Positions 58,251-64,000 of a stretch of DNA of 64,000 nt are shown one piece after another. Numbering within the stretch: position 1 is the first letter of the stretch; each line of letters starts with the position of its first letter. The stretch is from positions 31,622,001 through 31,686,000 of the forward strand of contig NC_086109.1 of the NCBI RefSeq assembly GCF_963921235.1, read 5' to 3'. The notes below the pieces were generated by a model. It was not told the origin of the DNA, searched no databases, and was given only the letters and a program-made list of their open reading frames with translations. This DNA comes from Mobula hypostoma (taxonomy: Eukaryota). Position numbers and translations under genes: made by a program.

Positions 58251-61200
58251 TCAGAACCCAGCCTTCCCTCCATACCCCCTGACCCCTGTAGCCACAAAGG
58301 CCATATCTAACTCCCACTTAAACATAGCCAATGAACTGGCCTCAACAGTTCGCTGTGGCAGAGAATTCCACAGATTCACCACCCTCTGTGTGAAGAAGTT
58401 TTTCCTAATCTCGGTCCTAAAAGGCTTCCTCTCTATCCTCAAACTGTGACCCCTCGTTCTGGACCTCCCCAACATCAGGAACAATCTTCCCGCATCTAGC
58501 CTGTCCAATCCCTTTAGAATCTTATACGTTTCAATCAGATCCCCCCTCAATCTTCTAAATTCCAACGAGTACAAGCCCAGTTCATCCAGTCTTTCTTCAT
58601 ATGAAAGACCTGCCATCCCAGGAATCAATCTGGTGAACCTTCTTTGTACTCCCTCTATGGCAAAGATGTCTTTCCTCAGATTAGGGGACCAAAACTGCAC
58701 ACAATACTCCAGGTGTGGTCTCACCAAGGCCTTGTACAACTGCAGTAGTACCTCCCTGCTCCTGTACTCGAATCCTCTCGCTATAAATGCCAGCATACCG
58801 TTCGCCTTTTTCACCGCCTGCTGTACCTGCATGCCCACTTTCAATGACTGGTGTATAATGACACCCAGGTCCCATTGCACCTCCCCTTTTCCTAATCGGC
58901 CACCATTCAGATAATAATCTGTTTTCCTATTTTTGCCACCAAAGTGGATAACTTCACATTTATCCACATTAAATTGCATCTGCCATGAGTTTGCCCACTC
59001 ACCCAACCTATCCAAGTCACCCTGCATCCTCCTAGCATCCTCCTCACTGCTAAAACTGCCACCCAGCTTCGTGTCATCCGCAAACTTGGAGATGCTGCAT
59101 TTAATTCCCTCATCCAAGTCATTAATATATATTGTAAACAACTGGGGTCCCAGCACTGAGCCGTGCGGTACCCCACTAGTCACCGCCTGCCATTCTGAAA
59201 AGGTCCCGTTTATTCCCACACTTTGCTTCCTGTCTGCTAACCAATTCTCCACCCACACCAATACCTTACCCCCAATACCGTGTGCTTTAAGTTTGCACAC
59301 TAATCTCCTGTGTGGGACCTTGTCAAAAGCCTTTTGAAAATCCAAATATACCACATCCACTGGTTCTCCCCTATCCACTCTACTAGTTACATCCTCAAAA
59401 AATTCTATGAGATTTGTCAGACACGATTTTCCTTTCACAAATCCATGCTGACTTTGTCCGATGATTTCACCGCTTTCCAAATGTGCTGTTATCACATCCT
59501 TGATAACTGACTCCAGCAGTTTCCCCACCACCGACGTTAGGCTAACCGGCCTATAATTCCCCGGTTTCTCTCTCCCTCCTTTTTTAAAAAGTGGGGTTAC
59601 ATTAGCCACCCTCCAATCCTCAGGAACTAGTCCAGAATCTAACGAGTTTTGAAAAATTATCACTAATGCATCCACTATTTCTTGGGCTACTTCCTTAAGC
59701 ACTCTGGGATGCAGACCATCTGGCCCTGGGCATTTATCTGCCTTCAATCCCTTCAATTTACCTAACACCACTTCCCTACTAACATGTATTTCACTCAGTT
59801 CCTCCATCTCTCTGGACCCTCTGTCCCTTACTATTTCTGGAAGATTATTTATGTCCTCCTTAGTGAAGACAGAACCAAAGTAATTATTCAATTGGTCTGC
59901 CATGTCCTTGCCCCCCATAATCAATTCACCTGTTTCTGTCTGCAGGGGACCTACATTTGTCTTTATCAGTCTTTTCCTTTTTACATATCTATAAAAGCTT
60001 TTACAGTCCATTTTTATGTTCTCTGCCAGTTTTCTCTCATAATCTTTTTTCCCCTTCCTAATTAAGCCCTTTGTCCTCCTCTGCTGAACTCTGAATTTCT
60101 CCCAGTCCTCAGGTGAGCCACTTTCTCTGGCTAATTTGTATGCTTCTTCTTTGGAATTGATACTATCCCTAATTTCTCTTGTCAGCCACGGGTGCACTAT
60201 CTTCCTTGATTTATTCTTTTGCCAAACTCGGATGAACAATTGTTGTAGTTCATCCATGCAACCTTTAAATGCTTGCCATTGCATATCCACCGTCAATCCT
60301 TTAAGTCTCATTTGCCAGTCTATCTTAGCTAATTCACGTCTCATACCTTCAAAGTTACCCCTCTTTAAGTTCAGAACCTTTGTTTCTGAATTAACTATGT
60401 CACTCTCCATGTTAATGAAGAATTCCGCCATATTATGATCACTCTTACCCAAGGGGCCTCTCACGACAAGATCGCTAATTAACCCTTCCTCATTGCTCAA
60501 AATCCAGTCCAGAATAGCCTGCTGTCTAGTTGGTTCCTCGACATGTTGGTTCAAAAAACCATCCCGCATACATTCCAAGAAATCCTCTTCCTCAGCACCT
60601 TTACCAATTTGGTTCACCCAGTCTACATGTAGATTGAAGTCACCCATTATAACTGCTGTTCCTTTATTGCACACATTTCTAATTTCCTGTTTAATACCAT
60701 CTCCGACCTCACTACTGCTGTTAGGTGGCCTGTACACAAGTCCCACCAGCGTCTTCTGCCCCTTAGTGTTACGCAGCTCTACCCATATCGATTCCACATC
60801 TTCCCGGCTTATGTCCTTCCTTTCTATTGCGTTAATCTCTTTTTTAACCAGCAACGCCACCCCACCTCCCCTTCCTTCATGTCTTTCCCTCCTGAATATT
60901 GAATATCCCTGAACGTTGAGCTCCCATCCCTGGTCACCCTGGAGCCATGTCTCTGTGATCCCAACTATATCATAATCATTAATAACAATCTGCACTTTCA
61001 ATTCATCCACCTTATTACGAATGCTCCTTGCATTGACACATAAAGCCTTCAGGCGCTCTTTTACAACTCTCTTAGCCCTTTTTAATGCTTGCCCTGGATT
61101 TGTCGGCCTGCCACTTTTACTTTTCTCCTTTGTACTTTTTGCTTCTACGCTCACTTTACACCCCTCTGTCTCTCTGCACTGGTTCCCATCCCTCTGTTGT

Positions 61201-61259
61201 GAACTAACCTCCTCACGCCTAGCCTCTTTAATTTGATTCCCACCCCCCAACCATTCTAG
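58251..61259 (-). CDS. CR1 ORF2p: APE endonuclease plus reverse transcriptase (about 1000 codons, no upstream in-frame ATG)
   Basis: 'NARS', 'ITETW', 'YRPP', 'GDFN', 'SDHN', 'GNYRPVSLTS', 'DFQKAFD', 'GVPHGSVLGP', 'FADD'; the track start at 61250 is TTG and the first ATG is codon 202 (60647). Confidence 0.95.
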   Translation of the reverse strand, partial: LEWLGGGNQIKEARREEVSSQQRDGNQCRETEGCKVSVEAKSTKEKSKSGRPTNPGQALKRAKRVVKERLKALCVNARSIRNKVDELKVQIVINDYDIVGITETWLQGDQGWELNVQGYSIFRRERHEGRGGGVALLVKKEINAIERKDISREDVESIWVELRNTKGQKTLVGLVYRPPNSSSEVGDGIKQEIRNVCNKGTAVIMGDFNLHVDWVNQIGKGAEEEDFLECMRDGFLNQHVEEPTRQQAILDWILSNEEGLISDLVVRGPLGKSDHNMAEFFINMESDIVNSETKVLNLKRGNFEGMRRELAKIDWQMRLKGLTVDMQWQAFKGCMDELQQLFIRVWQKNKSRKIVHPWLTREIRDSINSKEEAYKLARESGSPEDWEKFRVQQRRTKGLIRKGKKDYERKLAENIKMDCKSFYRYVKRKRLIKTNVGPLQTETGELIMGGKDMADQLNNYFGSVFTKEDINNLPEIVRDRGSREMEELSEIHVSREVVLGKLKGLKADKCPGPDGLHPRVLKEVAQEIVDALVIIFQNSLDSGLVPEDWRVANVTPLFKKGGREKPGNYRPVSLTSVVGKLLESVIKDVITAHLESGEIIGQSQHGFVKGKSCLTNLIEFFEDVTSRVDRGEPVDVVYLDFQKAFDKVPHRRLVCKLKAHGIGGKVLVWVENWLADRKQSVGINGTFSEWQAVTSGVPHGSVLGPQLFTIYINDLDEGIKCSISKFADDTKLGGSFSSEEDARRMQGDLDRLGEWANSWQMQFNVDKCEVIHFGGKNRKTDYYLNGGRLGKGEVQWDLGVIIHQSLKVGMQVQQAVKKANGMLAFIARGFEYRSREVLLQLYKALVRPHLEYCVQFWSPNLRKDIFAIEGVQRRFTRLIPGMAGLSYEERLDELGLYSLEFRRLRGDLIETYKILKGLDRLDAGRLFLMLGRSRTRGHSLRIERKPFRTEIRKNFFTQRVVNLWNSLPQRTVEASSLAMFKWELDMAFVATGVRGYGGKAGF

Positions 61260-62191
61260 TTTAAAGTCACCTCAGTAGCCCCCGCTAATCTCCCTGCCAG
61301 GATATTGGTCCCCCTAGGATTCAAGTGTAACCCGTCCTTTTTGTACAGGTCACGCCTGCACCAATAGAGGTCCCAATGATCCAAAAACTTGAATCCCTGC
61401 CCCCTGCTCCAATCCCTCAGCCACGCATTTATCCTCCACCTCATCGCATTCCTACTCTCACTGTCGCGTGGCACAGGCAGTAATCCCGAGATTACTACCT
61501 TTGCAGTCCTTTTTCTCAACTCCCTTCCTAACTCCCTATATTCTTCTTTCAGGACCTCATCCCTTTTCCTACCTATGTCATTGATACCTATATGTACCAC
61601 GACCTCTGGCTCCTCATCCTCCCACTTCAGGATATCTTGGACACGATCAGAAATATCCCGGACCCTGGCACCAGGGAGGCAAACTACCATCCGGGTCTCT
61701 GGACTGCGTCCACAGAATCGCCTATCTGACCCCCTTACTATCGAGTCCCCTATCACAACTGCCCTCCTCTTCCTTGCCCTACCCTTCTGAGCTACAGGGC
61801 CAGACTCTGTGCCGGAGGCAGGGCCACTGTTGCTTCCCCCGGGTAAGCTGTCCCCCCCAACAGTACTCAAACAGGAGTACCTGTTGTTAAGGGGCACAGC
61901 CACCGGGGTACTCCCCATCACCTGCCTTTTCCCCTTCCCCCTCCTAACCGTGACCCACTTGTCTGCCTCCCGTGGCCCCGGCGTGACCACCTGCCTTCCA
62001 CTCCTCTCTATCACCTCCTCACTCTCCCTGACCAGACGAAGGTCATCGAGCTGCAGCACCAGTTCCGTAACGCGGTCCCTTAGGAGCTGCATCTCGATGC
62101 ACTTGGCGCAGATGTAGACGTCCGGGAGGCTTGGAGACTCCAGGGCCTCCCACATCCGACACTGAGAACAGCAAACTGCCCTCACAGTCAT
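61256..62191 (-). CDS. CR1 ORF1p: C4 zinc finger, leucine zipper and SGNH/GDSL esterase (311 aa from ATG 62191)
   Basis: CSQC..CAKC, 'LLRDRVTELVLQLDDL', 'NRYSCL', 'VIGDSIVR', 'CLPGA', 'HIGIND', 'DGLHLN'. Confidence 0.93.
   Translation of the reverse strand: MTVRAVCCSQCRMWEALESPSLPDVYICAKCIEMQLLRDRVTELVLQLDDLRLVRESEEVIERSGRQVVTPGPREADKWVTVRRGKGKRQVMGSTPVAVPLNNRYSCLSTVGGDSLPGGSNSGPASGTESGPVAQKGRARKRRAVVIGDSIVRGSDRRFCGRSPETRMVVCLPGARVRDISDRVQDILKWEDEEPEVVVHIGINDIGRKRDEVLKEEYRELGRELRKRTAKVVISGLLPVPRDSESRNAMRWRINAWLRDWSRGQGFKFLDHWDLYWCRRDLYKKDGLHLNPRGTNILAGRLAGATEVTLN
61259..61265 (-). promoter_or_regulatory. Candidate -1 frameshift slippery site U_UUA_AAC
   Basis: X_XXY_YYZ heptamer in the ORF1 frame directly before the ORF1 TAG; the -1 frame is ORF2. 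Confidence 0.65.
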
Positions 62192-62459
62192 AATGCCCCT
62201 CTCCTCAAATAGCAACAGAAAATGAATGTCAAACCTTCCTCGCCTCGCCCGCTTCCGCCTCTTGGTGCTCCAAATGCTAGAAGATCTATTTTAACCAGGT
62301 ATCACCAGTAACATCCCAACACATAGGATGTGAATGGGGTGAGAACCTACCTTGAGAATGATCAGCGGTCCAGGTGGAACCTGTGCACGATATCACCTGC
62401 AGACAACATCTCCCTTAGTCATGGTTCACCACTCTCAATTCCCCCTGGAATTCAGTTGT

Positions 62460-63100
62460 TAGAACGTAGAACATGGAGTAGTATGGCACAGTATGGGCTC
62501 TTTCACCCTCAATGCTTTGCCAAACTGTATATGCGTACTGGGCTGGCCGGTGCTGTAGTGCCATCAACACTGGACTTCAAAGGGAGATGGTCCTGAGTTC
62601 GAATCCAGCTGGGCAGCAGCAGTATCTGCGTGGAAGAAAAGCCTGGCAATCTACTTCTCTATGGACAACTACACTACGCTTAGGGTCGCCATGACAACTC
62701 GACAGAAGTCAACAACAACATATACATACTGTACAATCATTCCAACCTGTCCCTCCTACATAGCCCATAACTCTCCATTATTGATTACAACCATGCACCT
62801 ATCCAAGAGTCTCTGAAGTGTCCCTATTACATCAGCCTCAACCACCATCCCCAGCAAATGCATTCCAGGCACCTAATGCTCATTTGTGTAAAATAACTAC
62901 CTCTGATATCTTCACTAAACCACCTTCTGCTCACATTAATAGTATGTCCTCTTTTGTTGGCCCCTGCCACCCCTGGAAGAAGGTGCTGGCTGTGCACTCT
63001 GTCCATGCCTCTCAGAATCTTATACACTTCAATCAAGTAGCCTCTCATCCTCCTTCACGCCACAGAAAAAAGCTCTAGCTCACTTAGCCTTTCCTCATAG
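62460..63100 (-). mobile_element. Old CR1 3' fragment, split by a SINE
   Basis: 'RGYLIEVYKILRGMDRVHSQHLLP..RGH'. Confidence 0.75.
62541..62719 (+). mobile_element. tRNA-derived SINE with RTE-like 3' end
   Basis: A box 'tggccggtgctgtagtg', B box 'gagttcgaatcc', 'agggtcgccatga..actcgac' plus (CAA)n tail; degraded TSD ATATGCGTACTG/ATATACATACTG (62529-62540 / 62720-62731). Confidence 0.75.
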
Positions 63101-64000
63101 GTCATTAATTCTTGTTCATAATTTGGCCAAACCTGAAACAAGCTATGCAAGCACATGGTCCTGGTAACAGATGGAGGTTCTTTCACCTGAAAGAACTTTA
63201 GATCTCTTTCTGCAGAAGTTACCTGAGTTGCTGTGTTGTTCCATTTTTTTTTTGTTTTAGACTTTTCTTTTGGTTTCCTGCATTTGCAGTTTTGTTGATT
63301 TTCTAATTGAACATAGATGAACTAATTACTGGTGATAAAGTGGTAAGTGATAGAACTGTCACCAACATTTACCATCACCTTGGTGATGACAAAATGTGGA
63401 CAAATAGAATAATTATTAACTGGATTGGATATCTCCTGCATTTTGTAGGCACACCATAACTGGGGTGCAGTCTCAACATATTCAACAATCATAGATTTAA
63501 TCCAACATATTCAATAATCAATGATTTTAGGGATCTGACAAATGAGTATCAAATGGTAATCTTATGGGATGATACTGCAATTATCACACAAAAGGAAAAG
63601 AATTTGAAACATTAGCTTCAGTGATGAAATGTGAAGCAACATTTTTTATTCTCAAATGACAATGGGTGAATATTGGGAGACAAAAATAAAACAAGATGCT
63701 AGAACAAAGCATAAAATGCGGAAACAAACTGCCAATGACCAATGAGAACGAAGTGGCTGTCTCTGAGAAGGAAGACCAAGCAAAGTTAGGATGACTACAT
63801 CAGAATCAGTTGTGACTTCCTTAGATTTTGGACTAAATCAATAATATCTGGGAGAGAATTATATAGGGGAGGTTTATTAAAAACAAGGCAGCATTTGTTG
63901 AACTTTGAAAGGATTTTTTAAATCTGCCTTACTTAAGGTTCACCACTTGAAACTCCCCCTGGAATTCAGCTGTTAAATGTTTTAAATAGATTCAAAATTT

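Larger units (their letters stand above)
58154..62259 (-). mobile_element. Young CR1 LINE with intact ORF1 and ORF2
   Basis: Two uninterrupted ORFs; (TGTTTCTA)n tail at 58154-58175; 3' hairpin region; possible TCTT TSD (58151-58154 / 62260-62263); only about 70 nt of 5' UTR. Confidence 0.97.

Noticed and set aside
61228..61254. ATG directly after the ORF1 stop as the ORF2 start
   Set aside because: It is in the +1 frame and closes after 8 codons; ORF2 is in the -1 frame
58633..62117. Multiple plus-strand ORFs antisense to the intact CR1 (also at 10240, 13314, 17940, 26909)
   Set aside because: Shadow frames of LINE coding sequence with no independent motifs
62541..62615. tRNA-like sequence as a real tRNA gene (also 5530-5596 and 39215-39285)
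   Set aside because: No complete cloverleaf; attached to SINE bodies, and at 39215 and 62541 also to tails and TSDs
63332..63380. Imperfect inverted repeat ggtgat..tggtaa..gtgatag / ctgtcac..ttacca..tcacc
   Set aside because: Short and heavily bulged; consistent with chance

Overview
Eukaryotic, AT-rich, repeat-dense genomic DNA. The repeat inventory (CR1 with an esterase ORF1, Rex1/Babar, Neptune-type Penelope-like elements, HE1/V-SINE, SacSINE1-like DeuSINE) points to a cartilaginous fish, which is an inference. There are no prokaryotic features, CRISPR arrays or rRNA. Most of the window is nested retroelements: (i) a young CR1 LINE with both ORFs open (58154-62259, minus), whose AUG-less ORF2 joins ORF1 through a UUUAAAC slippery heptamer placed directly before the ORF1 stop, a candidate -1 programmed ribosomal frameshift repeated in a second CR1 family at 25741; (ii) a full-length decayed CsRn1-like Gypsy element (34234-38397) with both LTRs, ACCT TSD, tRNA-Trp PBS and PPT; (iii) a near full-length decayed L1-clade element (16775-23430, minus) interrupted by a CR1; (iv) about ten Penelope-like pieces, most carrying minimal type I hammerhead ribozyme motifs; (v) many Rex1/Babar, CR1 and SINE fragments, plus two solo-LTR-like elements. 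One candidate host exon encoding a signal peptide lies on the minus strand at about 3822-4010. Boundaries without a TSD are approximate, and all counts were made by eye.
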